Positions 28,673-37,755 of a stretch of 64,000 bases of DNA are shown here, in pieces. The translations under genes and the position numbers were made by a program. Source of the DNA: Bradyrhizobium sp. (GTDB lineage: Bacteria; Pseudomonadota; Alphaproteobacteria; Rhizobiales; Xanthobacteraceae); the NCBI GenBank assembly GCA_030681365.1, contig JAUXWH010000292.1:8959-72958 (forward strand), written 5' to 3'. The notes below the pieces were generated by a model, which ran no database searches, was not told the origin of the DNA, and was given only the letters and a program-made list of their open reading frames with translations. Every line of letters begins with the position of its first letter. Within the stretch, counting starts at the first letter, position 1.

Positions 28673-29242
28673 CTAGGCCGTGACCTCGATCTTGAGGCCG
28701 GTGTTGATATCGATCCGGGTGCCGTCGCCCATGGTCATGATGTTGTTCTTGGTGTCCAGATAGGCGCCGTTGGCCATCTGGATGATCGACAGCGGATCGA
28801 CATAAAGCGCGCCGGTGACCGTATCGTATTGCGTGCCGTTCGGCGTGGTGCGGATGTTGTTGTTGGTGTCGATGGTCGAGCCGTCGTTGAAGTAGATCAT
28901 CGAGTCGAGAACGTTCTCCGCCTTGACGCGGTTTCTCGACTCCATCAGGTCGGCCATCACCTTCTTCATCGTCTCGGCGTTGCGGCGCTCCATGTTCTGC
29001 TGCGCCAGCTGCGAGACCAAAGCGCCGGCATTGCCGATGCCGTTCTGCGTGATCAAAGCGAGGTTGGTGGCGTTGGTGGCGCTGCGCTTCAGAAACGCCT
29101 TGATGCTGTTGCCGCCACGCGCGGATTCCAGCATGCCCATAAGCCCGCCATTGTTCTTCTTGGCGGTCTCGATCGACGTATAGGCGTCCTCGAGCCAGTT
29201 CGGGGGCGCGACGGCCCGTGATGCATTGCTGATCGACGACAT
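28673..29242 (-). CDS. Hypothetical protein with C-terminal tandem beta-repeats
   Basis: AGGA RBS, ATG 29242 (MSSISN), good codon usage; two ~38-aa internal repeats. Confidence 0.75.
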   Translation of the reverse strand: MSSISNASRAVAPPNWLEDAYTSIETAKKNNGGLMGMLESARGGNSIKAFLKRSATNATNLALITQNGIGNAGALVSQLAQQNMERRNAETMKKVMADLMESRNRVKAENVLDSMIYFNDGSTIDTNNNIRTTPNGTQYDTVTGALYVDPLSIIQMANGAYLDTKNNIMTMGDGTRIDINTGLKIEVTA

Positions 29243-29282
29243 AACCTGGTCCTTTACCGGCCCCAAGATTACGGCGGCAGCG

Positions 29283-29342
29283 TTAAAAATCCATAAGCCC
29301 GCGCCGGGACGCCAAACGCCATGGTGACCTCCTGTTAACCAT
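29283..29342. promoter_or_regulatory. CtrA-like boxes between the hypothetical gene and flagellin 1
   Basis: TTAA-N7-TAAG 29283-29297; GTGA-N7-TTAACCAT 29324-29342. Confidence 0.55.
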
Positions 29343-29447
29343 GTCTTTTTACGGGGCGTTTGGTTCCGTGTGCGATCACATCGCTCGATCTTCGGATCGA
29401 ACCAGACATTGCCAGTATGGCAAATCGAACCAGAAAGGTACTTCAAG

Positions 29448-30263
29448 ATGGCCGGTATTGTTCTCTCGGCGGGCGTCCGCTCCAACCTTCTTCAGCTCCA
29501 GCAGACCTCCACCCTCATCACTGCCACGCAAGGCAAGCTTGCTACCGGCAAGCGCGTCAACTCCGCTCTCGATAACCCGAACAACTTCTTCACCGCGCAA
29601 GGCCTCAGCAACCGCGCCGGCGATCTGAACAACCTGCTGGATTCGATGGCCACCGCCGTTAACACCATTCAGGCGGCCAACAACGGTATCACCGCGATCA
29701 CCAAGCTTGTGCAGTCGGCTCAGTCGCTGGCGTCGCAGGCTCAGCAGACCTCGGATACCGACGTCCGCGCCGGTCTGGCGACCCAGTTCAACACCCTGCT
29801 GACCCAGATCGATCAGCTGGCTGGCGACTCGGGCTTCAACGGCATCAACCTGTTGAACGGTGACGACCTCACCGTGACCCTGAACGAATCCGGCACCTCC
29901 GACACGACCGTGTCGGGTGTCGACAACACCGTTGGCGGCGATCTTGCGATCGCCAACGCGGCGGGCAACTGGGCGACGTCCGCCAACATCACCGCGGCGT
30001 CGGACGATCTGACTGCCGCTCTGACCACGCTGCGTTCGCAGGGTCAGACGCTGAGCTCGAACCTGTCGGTCGTTCAGATCCGTCAGGACTACACCAAGTC
30101 GATGATCAACACCCTGCAGGCCGGTGCCGACTCGCTCACCCTCGCCGATTCGAACGAGGAAGGCGCCAACCTGCTGGCGTTGCAGACCCGTCAGCAGCTG
30201 TCGTCGACGGCTCTGTCCCTGGCTTCGCAGGCGGACCAGAGCGTCCTGCGTCTGTTCGGCTAA
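29448..30263 (+). CDS. fliC: Flagellin 1 (271 aa, probable major subunit)
   Basis: LATGKRVNSALDNP, FNG.NLL, ADSNEEGANLLALQTRQQL; codon choice typical of highly expressed genes (GCT/GGT/CGT). Confidence 0.93.
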   Translation: MAGIVLSAGVRSNLLQLQQTSTLITATQGKLATGKRVNSALDNPNNFFTAQGLSNRAGDLNNLLDSMATAVNTIQAANNGITAITKLVQSAQSLASQAQQTSDTDVRAGLATQFNTLLTQIDQLAGDSGFNGINLLNGDDLTVTLNESGTSDTTVSGVDNTVGGDLAIANAAGNWATSANITAASDDLTAALTTLRSQGQTLSSNLSVVQIRQDYTKSMINTLQAGADSLTLADSNEEGANLLALQTRQQLSSTALSLASQADQSVLRLFG

Positions 30264-30283
30264 GTATCCGAAATCACGAACGG

Positions 30284-30315
30284 AAAACGGCGGCCCCCGG
30301 GGCCGCCGTTTTTTT
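30284..30315 (+). terminator. Terminator after flagellin 1
   Basis: AAAACGGCGGCCCC/GGGGCCGCCGTTTTTTT. Confidence 0.85.
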
Positions 30316-30334
30316 ATGGCCCGCAAAGTTATGG

Positions 30335-30376
30335 TTAAGGGCGGGTAAACGGGTGCCGATCTTAACGATCTATCAA
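30335..30376. promoter_or_regulatory. Two CtrA-like boxes upstream of flagellin 2
   Basis: TTAA-N7-TAAA 30335-30349; TTAA-N7-TCAA 30362-30376. Confidence 0.6.
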
Positions 30377-30434
30377 CCCTAATAATTCATTATCGCACGT
30401 TAGAGATTGACCTTCCGCAGGCAAGGAGTCTGCC

Positions 30435-31250
30435 ATGAGTGACATTGTTCTTTCGAGCGGCGTTCGTGGGAACCTGCTCCAATTGCAGCAGACCGCAAAT
30501 TTGATCACGCAGACCCAGAACCGGCTGGCGACCGGAAAGCGCGTCAATTCCGCGCTCGATAATCCGATCAATTTCTTCACCGCCCAGGGCCTGACGGTCC
30601 GCGCCAACGACCTCAACGCCCTGCTCGACACCATGTCGACCGGCATCAACACCATCCAGGCCGCCAACAACGGCATCACGGCGATGACCAAGCTGGTGCA
30701 GTCGGCGCAGTCGCTGACCTCGCAGGCCCAGCAGACCACCGACACCACGGTGCGCGCCAATCTGGCTGCGCAGTTCAACACCCTGCGCACCCAGATCGAT
30801 CAGTTGGCCGCCGATTCCGGCATCAACGGCATCAATCTTCTCGGCGGCAGCAGCCTGACCATCACGCTGAACGAAACCGGGACGTCCTCGGTGACGATCG
30901 CGGGTGTCAACAACACCACGGGCGGCGACCTTGCCGTCGCTGCCGCGGCCAACAACTGGGGCGACATGACGAATATTTCCGCCGCCGCCACCGAACTGGC
31001 GACCGCGCTGATCACCTTGCGCTCGCAGTCGCAGGCGCTGAGCTCGGACCTGCAGACCGTGCAGATCCGCCAGGACTTCACCAAGGCGATGATCAACACC
31101 TTGCAAAGCGGCGCCGATGGGCTGACGCTGGCCGACAGCAACGAAGAAGGCGCCAACCTGCTGGCGCTGCAAACCCGGCAGCAATTGTCGACCACCGCCC
31201 TGTCGCTGGCGTCTCAGGCCGACCAGAACGTGCTGAAGCTGTTTCAATAG
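30435..31250 (+). CDS. fliC: Flagellin 2 (271 aa)
   Basis: Co-linear paralog of flagellin 1. Confidence 0.93.
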   Translation: MSDIVLSSGVRGNLLQLQQTANLITQTQNRLATGKRVNSALDNPINFFTAQGLTVRANDLNALLDTMSTGINTIQAANNGITAMTKLVQSAQSLTSQAQQTTDTTVRANLAAQFNTLRTQIDQLAADSGINGINLLGGSSLTITLNETGTSSVTIAGVNNTTGGDLAVAAAANNWGDMTNISAAATELATALITLRSQSQALSSDLQTVQIRQDFTKAMINTLQSGADGLTLADSNEEGANLLALQTRQQLSTTALSLASQADQNVLKLFQ

Positions 31251-31324
31251 ACGCGGCGGCCTGAGCGCGCAGGGCTTCTTGCGCGGCACGGGTGACGGCC
31301 GCGGGACGCGAGGAGCGAAATCGG

Positions 31325-31759
31325 ATGGGCCTGAAAGTCGAACTCAAGCCGGGCGAGCGTTTCATCGTCGGCGAATCGCTGATCACCAATGGCGGCCAGC
31401 GCACGCGGCTCCTGATCGAAGGCGACGCGCCGATTTTGCGCGAGAAAGACATCATGACGCCGGCGATGGCCGATACGCCCGCCAAGCGCATCTATCTCGC
31501 CGTCCAGTTGATGTACACGTCGCGCGATCCGCGCTCGCAGCACGACACCTATTTCGCCCTGATGCACGACCTGGTGAAGGCAGCGCCGAGCGCCTGGGCG
31601 CTGGTCGTTGAGGTGAGCAACCACATCCTGGCCGGCGACATGTACAAGGCGCTCAAGAGCGCCAAGACCCTCATTGCCTACGAAAAGGGACTGCTCGACA
31701 ATGCGACACGCGGCAACGGCCTACGGCAAGATCGCGAAACAGACCGCAAGTCCGCGTGA
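31325..31759 (+). CDS. flbT: Flagellin regulator FlbT
   Basis: LK.ELKPGER...G...I.N, ILREKD, TPA.RIY..VQ.MY, YKALK. Confidence 0.93.
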   Translation: MGLKVELKPGERFIVGESLITNGGQRTRLLIEGDAPILREKDIMTPAMADTPAKRIYLAVQLMYTSRDPRSQHDTYFALMHDLVKAAPSAWALVVEVSNHILAGDMYKALKSAKTLIAYEKGLLDNATRGNGLRQDRETDRKSA

Positions 31760-32066
31760 CCTGGAAGCCGACCTGCTGCTGAGCGCAGCGGCCCGGCTTC
31801 AGGCGATCCGTGACAGCTGGGAAGACAAGCGTCCGGAACTCGATTCGGCCCTGCTCTATAACCGCAAGCTGTGGTCGGTGTTCGTTGCCTCGGTGATGAG
31901 CCCGGAGCACCCCTTGCCGGCTCCCGTTCGTCAGAATGTCGCCAATCTCGGCCTGTTCGTCTTCAACCAGACGCTGACCATCATGACCAACCCGCAGCCG
32001 GACCGGCTGGCGTCGCTGATCCTGATCAACCGCGAACTGGCCGCCGGTCTGCTCGGCCGCGCCTGA
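31701..32066 (+). CDS. flaF: Flagellar regulator FlaF
   Basis: AY.....SPR.LEA.LL, AL.YNR.LW, LP..VR.N..NLG, LI.INR..AAGL. Confidence 0.93.
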   Translation: MRHAATAYGKIAKQTASPRDLEADLLLSAAARLQAIRDSWEDKRPELDSALLYNRKLWSVFVASVMSPEHPLPAPVRQNVANLGLFVFNQTLTIMTNPQPDRLASLILINRELAAGLLGRA

Positions 32067-32090
32067 CGCGCGGGCATCCCCTGAATGAAC

Positions 32091-32118
32091 AAAACCGCGG
32101 CCGGGCCGCGTTTTTTTT
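32091..32118. terminator. Bidirectional terminator between flaF and flgL
   Basis: AAAA-CCGCGGCC...GGCCGCG-TTTTTTTT. Confidence 0.7.
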
Positions 32119-32154
32119 GTATCCGGCGCAACCGTCGGCGGGGCTGCGCACGCC

Positions 32155-33654
32155 TTACATGTAGTCGACCAGGCTGATCTGGAACAGCATCGACGTCGTC
32201 TGCATCGACGCCTGCATCTGCGTCTGCAGCGCCAGGATCTGCGCGGCGACCTCTTCGTTCGACACACCTTTGATCTGGTGCAGGAAGTCCTGGAGCGCCG
32301 CGCTGGTCTGCGCGTTGCGGGCCTTGGTCGCCGTCATCGTCCCCAGCGCGCCGGCCAGATCGGCCTGGATATTGGCGACGGTCTGAACGCCGGAGGTGTT
32401 GCTGATATTGCTGCTGAGGCGCTGGTTCAGTGCCGAACTCAACTCGACCGCATTCGGATCGCTGGCCGACACCGTCACCGCCGCCAGCGTGGCGATATTC
32501 TGCACCAGCGTGCGGATGCCTTCTTCGCTCGCGCGGGAGCCGTAAGCGACCGCATGCGATGTATCGACACGCGCGGTCGATGTCATGCGCGCCGAACCGC
32601 TGTCGGCCTCGCCCGTGTACCAGATCACCGTATTGGCGGCGCTGCCGGTGGTCATGGCGGTCGCACTGCTGAACGGCGGGCCGTCAACCCGCAGCGGCGG
32701 ATTGTTGGCGTCGGCATTGAAGAAGTCATCCGACGCCGACACCGCGGACGCCGCCGTCAAGGCGCTGCCGGCAAGCTTGCCGGTCGCCGTGGTCAGGGCG
32801 GCCTGCAGACTGGCCGCCGTGTCGGCTGCCGTGGCGCCGATGGTGAATTCATTGGCACCGGCCGGGGAATCGGTGGTGGCGGTCAGCGTCAGATTGGCGC
32901 TGGTGCCGTCGGGCAGATCGAACCGCAAGGTGATCGTATCGCCGGCATTGGGCAGGCCGGTCAGATCGATCGACAGCGATGCCGGCGACCCGGCCGGCCC
33001 GGCGACCGTGGCATTGGCAAGGTTGGAATCAACCGACGCCAGCTTGAAGCCGAACGGCGAGACCGCATCCTCGGTCACCGCGACCGAGGTGGCGGAGGGT
33101 TGGTCGATCACCAGCCGGCCGAGCCCGTCGGCGCCGAGATCGGCCTGCTTGCGCTCGGCAATCAATTGCTTCAGCCCGGCCTGGGCGCCCGTGCCGTCGA
33201 GAATGGCGTTCATGCTCGCGACCGCCGGCTTGTCGGTGGCGCGGCCGGAAAACAGATAATGGTCGCCGGCCTGGACATTGAGCAGCCCGAGCAGTTCGTC
33301 GAGCGACAGCAGCGCGGTCTGCTGCGCGCTCAGCGTGCCGGTGCTGTTGCCGGTGGTGTTGGCCTGCATCATCGCCGCCTTCACCGCGCCGCCGATGTCG
33401 GACATGCGGCCGAGCGCGGTGTTCATCAGATTGATGCGGGTCGACACGTTGTCGATGGTGCTGTCGTAGCTTTTGATCGCCGTCAGTTGCGCGGTCAGGC
33501 TCACGGCGACACCGCGGTCGAGACCGAGCCCGGCATAGGTGCTGGACTTCTGGCCGGTGCTGAGCTGGCGCTGCAAATCGTCGAACTGCGCCCGCATGCT
33601 CACGAGGCGCTGAATGAGAAAGGCCGATTGCCCCCCGCTGATCGAAACGCTCAT
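32155..33654 (-). CDS. flgL: Hook-filament junction protein FlgL
   Basis: LQRQLSTG.K..TYAGLG, YLFSG, Q..MQAS.Q.T......SLVDYM; follows flgK. Confidence 0.88.
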   Translation of the reverse strand: MSVSISGGQSAFLIQRLVSMRAQFDDLQRQLSTGQKSSTYAGLGLDRGVAVSLTAQLTAIKSYDSTIDNVSTRINLMNTALGRMSDIGGAVKAAMMQANTTGNSTGTLSAQQTALLSLDELLGLLNVQAGDHYLFSGRATDKPAVASMNAILDGTGAQAGLKQLIAERKQADLGADGLGRLVIDQPSATSVAVTEDAVSPFGFKLASVDSNLANATVAGPAGSPASLSIDLTGLPNAGDTITLRFDLPDGTSANLTLTATTDSPAGANEFTIGATAADTAASLQAALTTATGKLAGSALTAASAVSASDDFFNADANNPPLRVDGPPFSSATAMTTGSAANTVIWYTGEADSGSARMTSTARVDTSHAVAYGSRASEEGIRTLVQNIATLAAVTVSASDPNAVELSSALNQRLSSNISNTSGVQTVANIQADLAGALGTMTATKARNAQTSAALQDFLHQIKGVSNEEVAAQILALQTQMQASMQTTSMLFQISLVDYM

Positions 33655-33661
33655 GGTGTCC

Positions 33662-35527
33662 TCACATCCTCAGCAAGACGTCGAACAGGTTCTTCACCGC
33701 CGACAGCACTTGCGCGTTGGCGGCGTAGGCGTTCTGCAACGTGATCAGATTGGCCATTTCCGCGTCGACATTGACGGCGGCGCCTTCATTGAAGGTCTGC
33801 TCCAGCGCAGCCATCACCACGTCCTGCCCCTGCTTGAGGGAATTGGCGGAATTGGCCGCCTCACCCTGGGTGTTGATGACCTGGCGCAGGAAGGTGCTGA
33901 TCGACCCGGTAAACGGCGCGGCCGCCGTGCCGATTCCGGTATTGCCCGAGAACACATGCGTTCCGGTGGTCAGTTGCTCGTAGATGAAGTTCGGCCGCGT
34001 ATTGTCGCCGGCGGCAATGCCGGCCGCATAGGCGACCAGTTGCGACGGATCGGCGACCAGCGCGCTGTTGACGGTGATGCGGCCGGCAAAGCCGACGGTC
34101 TGCGCGCCGTAGGCGGACACCGCGGCGGTGTAAAGCGCGTCGCCGTCGGTAAAGAAGGGAAGCTCCGAGCTGCCGCCGGCCAGGCCGGTCGCGGTCGTGG
34201 TCTTCGACACGCCATTGACGTCGACGCGGTTCCCGGCGCCATCGTCGAGCACGCGCAAGGTGTTGCCGGACGGATTGGACGCCACCAGACCGGTGCTGGC
34301 GATGGCCTGGTTGATCTGCGCCAGCACCGAACCCATGCCGCCGGAAAAGTCGATGCCATAGACCTTGTCATTGGCGGTGCCGGCGGCGCTGCCCGACAGC
34401 GGCAAAGCCGAGGGATCGTTGACCCGCACCAGCGTGATGCTGCGCGCCGTATTGGTCAGTTGATCGGTGTAATTGATGGTGACCGTATTGCCGGCCGACA
34501 GGCCGCTGACGTCGATATCGAAGCCGCTCTGCGCGCCGGACGTCACCGCGCTGCCGGCGGTGGTCGTGTTCGACAGCGCCGCCGCCATGCCGGCGGCGAT
34601 GGCGTCAAGCTGGCTCTGCGCCTGGACCAGATCGTGGTCGCGCATCTGGATATAGGCGGCGATCTGCCCGGAGCGGATGGCGTTGCTCTGGATCAGGTCG
34701 ATCGATCCGCCGTTGGGCGACAACAGCGTCAGGGTGCCGACGCTGCGCTGCGACGGATCGGCGCTCCACTGCGAGGCCGGCGTCATGCTGCCGCGGGCGT
34801 CGAAGGCGATCTGCGCCGCCTCGTTGCCGACCAGCTGGATGCCGGAATTGGTGAAGACCGTGACCTGGTTGTTGCTGCCCTGGACGACGTTGATGTCCAT
34901 CAACTGCGCCAGCTGGTCGATGTAGCGGTCGCGCTGGTCCATCATGGTCGCGGTGGCGCCGTCGGCGCTCGACGACGCTGCGATCTTCTTGTTCAGTTCG
35001 GCGATCTGCCGCATCGCCTCGTTGGCGGTGGCGACCGAGTCGGCCAGCCCCAGCTCGGCCGTGGCACGCAGGCTCTGCACCCGGCCGCTCATCTGATTGA
35101 GCTGGGTCGCCAACTGCTGCGCCGCGCCGATCACCGCGCTGCGCGCCGCGCCGTCGTCCGGGCTGGTCGATAGCGCCTGCAGCGCGGTGGTGAAACTGTT
35201 GTAGATCGATTCCAGCGAACTGCTGGCGCCCGGCGTGCCGAACAGGCTCTGGATCTGGTTGTAGAACTGGGCGCGCAGGTCGGCAAAGGCGGCGCCGGAG
35301 CTTTCCACCCGGAGCTGCCGCTGCACGTATTGATCGAACTCGCGCTGGATGCCGACGACGTTGACGCTGATGCCGCCGCCGCTGCCGGCCATCGCCGTCT
35401 GGCTGATGGTCTTGCGGATATAGCCGGGCGTGTTGGCATTGGCGACGTTCGACGACACCAGCGCCAGACTCGCCTGATTGGCTTGCAGGCCGGAAATCGC
35501 CGACGTCAGTGCCTGGGTCAGACTCAT
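33662..35527 (-). CDS. flgK: Hook-associated protein FlgK
   Basis: SGL.ANQ..L..VS.NVANANTPGY.RK, VNVD.EMANL..LQNAY.ANA. Confidence 0.94.
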   Translation of the reverse strand: MSLTQALTSAISGLQANQASLALVSSNVANANTPGYIRKTISQTAMAGSGGGISVNVVGIQREFDQYVQRQLRVESSGAAFADLRAQFYNQIQSLFGTPGASSSLESIYNSFTTALQALSTSPDDGAARSAVIGAAQQLATQLNQMSGRVQSLRATAELGLADSVATANEAMRQIAELNKKIAASSSADGATATMMDQRDRYIDQLAQLMDINVVQGSNNQVTVFTNSGIQLVGNEAAQIAFDARGSMTPASQWSADPSQRSVGTLTLLSPNGGSIDLIQSNAIRSGQIAAYIQMRDHDLVQAQSQLDAIAAGMAAALSNTTTAGSAVTSGAQSGFDIDVSGLSAGNTVTINYTDQLTNTARSITLVRVNDPSALPLSGSAAGTANDKVYGIDFSGGMGSVLAQINQAIASTGLVASNPSGNTLRVLDDGAGNRVDVNGVSKTTTATGLAGGSSELPFFTDGDALYTAAVSAYGAQTVGFAGRITVNSALVADPSQLVAYAAGIAAGDNTRPNFIYEQLTTGTHVFSGNTGIGTAAAPFTGSISTFLRQVINTQGEAANSANSLKQGQDVVMAALEQTFNEGAAVNVDAEMANLITLQNAYAANAQVLSAVKNLFDVLLRM

Positions 35528-35580
35528 GGCAGACTCATATTCCCGCTATCGCATCGGCCGCGCCGGATGACGCGCCGCGC

Positions 35581-37575
35581 CTAGCGCAGCATGTTCAGCA
35601 GATCGCGGATCATTTCGTTGCTGGTGGTGATGACTTTGGTATTGGCCGAATAAGCTTGCTGGGTGACGATCAGCTTGGTGAATTCGTCGGCGATGTCGGT
35701 GTTGGAGCCTTCCAGCGCTGAGCCGACGATGGTGCCGGTCGCGCTGTAGGTCGGAACGCCCGAATCCGCGGTCGCGGCGTAGGCGCCGCCGTCGAGCGCC
35801 TTCAGCTGGTTCGGATTGCTGAAGTTGGCGATGGTGACCTGGGCGAGCGCAATGGTGCGGCCGTTTGAATAGGTGCCGACCACGCGGCCCTTGTCGTCGA
35901 CCGACACCGACTTCAGCTGGCCGGCCGGGAAGCCGTTCTGCTGCAGCAGGTTGACCGAAACATTGCCGTTCGGATCGGCGAACTGGGTGACGCCGCCCGA
36001 GCCGATGGCGAGCTCGATGTTGCCGAGCGGGATGCCGTTCACCGTGGCATTGGCCAGGGTGACGGACGTCACCGGCGGATTCGGTTCGCCGTTGGCGCCG
36101 AAGGTGAAGTTGATGCCTATATTCTGCCACGCCGAGGCGGTGCCGGTCGCCGCCGAGTCGGTCTGGTAGAACATGTTCCAGGTGTCGGTATGGCCGGCCC
36201 CGAGCGACGCGGAATCGGTCTTGGCCCAGCGCAGCTGGACCGTCACCGCCGAACCGGCCGTGTCGTAAACCGTGATGGCGCCGCCGGACACCGAGTCGTT
36301 GATGAAGGCCGCCGCATCGTCGCCGATCACGGTGCCGTTGGGCGGCCGGCCGGTCAGGGTCCGGATGCCGAAATTGGCGGCGGTGGCGGTGCCGCTGACG
36401 GTGATGACGTCGGCGGCAGCGGTGGCAGCGATGGAGATGTTGCCGGTGCCGTTCGCCGCCGCGGTGCCGCCGGCCAAAGTCGCCAATTCGGCATTGAGTT
36501 CGGCCAGCGTCGAGACCTGACCGGCGCCGGTGCCAAAGGTCACCGTCAGAGGCGGATTGGCGCCGATGGCGAAGGTCAAAGTCTGCCCCGCGGAGGCCGC
36601 GCCCTGGGTCAGCAGATTGGTCGGATTGGTGGTGCCGGCGGCGACGCCAAGCTCGGTCAGAACCGCCGGCGTACTGGCACCGCCGATCGTGATGCCGGTG
36701 TCGGCGTCGGCGCTGGTGAGAACGAGGTTGGCGCCGTTCAGCGTGGCGGTGACGCCGGTGGTGCCGGTCTGCGCATTGATGGCGGCCAGCACGGCGGCGG
36801 CATTGTCGCCGGCGCCGATGGCGATCGGCGTGCCGTTGATGTCGAGGGTGCCGCCGGCCGAGCTCAGCGCCGCCAGCGATGCGGTGCCGCTCATCGTTGC
36901 CGGGGCATCGGCCGACAGGGTGGCGCCGGCGCCGGTGATGGTGGCGTTGACAGCCGCGCCGACCAGCGGATTCGACGAGAAGCGCGACAGGCTCAGCAGT
37001 TCCGAACCCGGCACGCTGGAGTCGTAGTTCGCGGTCGCCGGCGTGGTCGCCAGATTGGCGCGATAGGTCACGCTGGTGGTCGGCAGCGCCGGCAGGAAGC
37101 CGCTCTCGAATTTCAGCATTTCCGGTGTGCTGCCGGTGAGATTGCCGGTGGCCGCGTCGATCGGAATGCCCATCAAGTAATAACCGGCGCCATTGACCAG
37201 ATAGCCGTTCTGATCGACCGCGAAATCGCCGCGCCGGGTGTAGAGATCGACGCCGCCGAAGGTCGGACCGGAGGCTGAATAGCTTTCGGGTTTGGCGACC
37301 ACGAAGAAGCCCTGGCCGTTGATGGCCATGTAGGTCGACACCGAGGCGCCGCGAATGTCGCCCTGCACGGTATTGGTGGAGACCGAACTGGCGGTGACGC
37401 CACCGGCCACCTGCTGCGCCGGTGGCGCGTCCGGCATCATTTGCGAGAACCGGCTGTCGATGCGCTTGTAGGCCGTGGTCTGCGAGTTGGCGATATTGCC
37501 CGATACGTTCTGCAGCGCATAGGCCTGCGCCTGCATGCCCGAAACGGCTACGTTCAGGGCGCCGAAAATACTCAT
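35581..37575 (-). CDS. flgE: Hook protein FlgE
   Basis: SGNIANSQT.AYK, YTRRGDF..D.NGYLVN, LE.SN.DIADEFTKLIVTQQAYSAN. Confidence 0.94.
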   Translation of the reverse strand: MSIFGALNVAVSGMQAQAYALQNVSGNIANSQTTAYKRIDSRFSQMMPDAPPAQQVAGGVTASSVSTNTVQGDIRGASVSTYMAINGQGFFVVAKPESYSASGPTFGGVDLYTRRGDFAVDQNGYLVNGAGYYLMGIPIDAATGNLTGSTPEMLKFESGFLPALPTTSVTYRANLATTPATANYDSSVPGSELLSLSRFSSNPLVGAAVNATITGAGATLSADAPATMSGTASLAALSSAGGTLDINGTPIAIGAGDNAAAVLAAINAQTGTTGVTATLNGANLVLTSADADTGITIGGASTPAVLTELGVAAGTTNPTNLLTQGAASAGQTLTFAIGANPPLTVTFGTGAGQVSTLAELNAELATLAGGTAAANGTGNISIAATAAADVITVSGTATAANFGIRTLTGRPPNGTVIGDDAAAFINDSVSGGAITVYDTAGSAVTVQLRWAKTDSASLGAGHTDTWNMFYQTDSAATGTASAWQNIGINFTFGANGEPNPPVTSVTLANATVNGIPLGNIELAIGSGGVTQFADPNGNVSVNLLQQNGFPAGQLKSVSVDDKGRVVGTYSNGRTIALAQVTIANFSNPNQLKALDGGAYAATADSGVPTYSATGTIVGSALEGSNTDIADEFTKLIVTQQAYSANTKVITTSNEMIRDLLNMLR

Positions 37576-37647
37576 GACCTCTCCTCCACTGGCATCTGCA
37601 CGGCGCGTCCCGCATGGGGCGCGTATGACTCCCGCGGACTGCGTGTG

Positions 37648-37750
37648 GCAATCCGCGTGCCAGCGGAATAATCGAGATATTTCAGCAATTTATGAATTGC
37701 GTGCGGGAGCGCGACGCGACCGTTTCTGCCGCCACCGGCAAATCTTGCCG
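37648..37750 (-). promoter_or_regulatory. sigma54 promoter and ftr site of flgEKL
   Basis: Minus strand TGGCAC-GCGGA-TTGC 37662-37648 (perfect); CGGCA-AATCT-TGCCG 37736-37750; AT-rich tract between them. Confidence 0.82.
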
Positions 37751-37755
37751 GGACG

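Noticed and set aside
35581-37575. Absence of flgD, fliK, flhA, fliFGHN and motAB as evidence of a defective flagellum
   Set aside because: In this flagellar type these genes usually lie in other clusters outside the window
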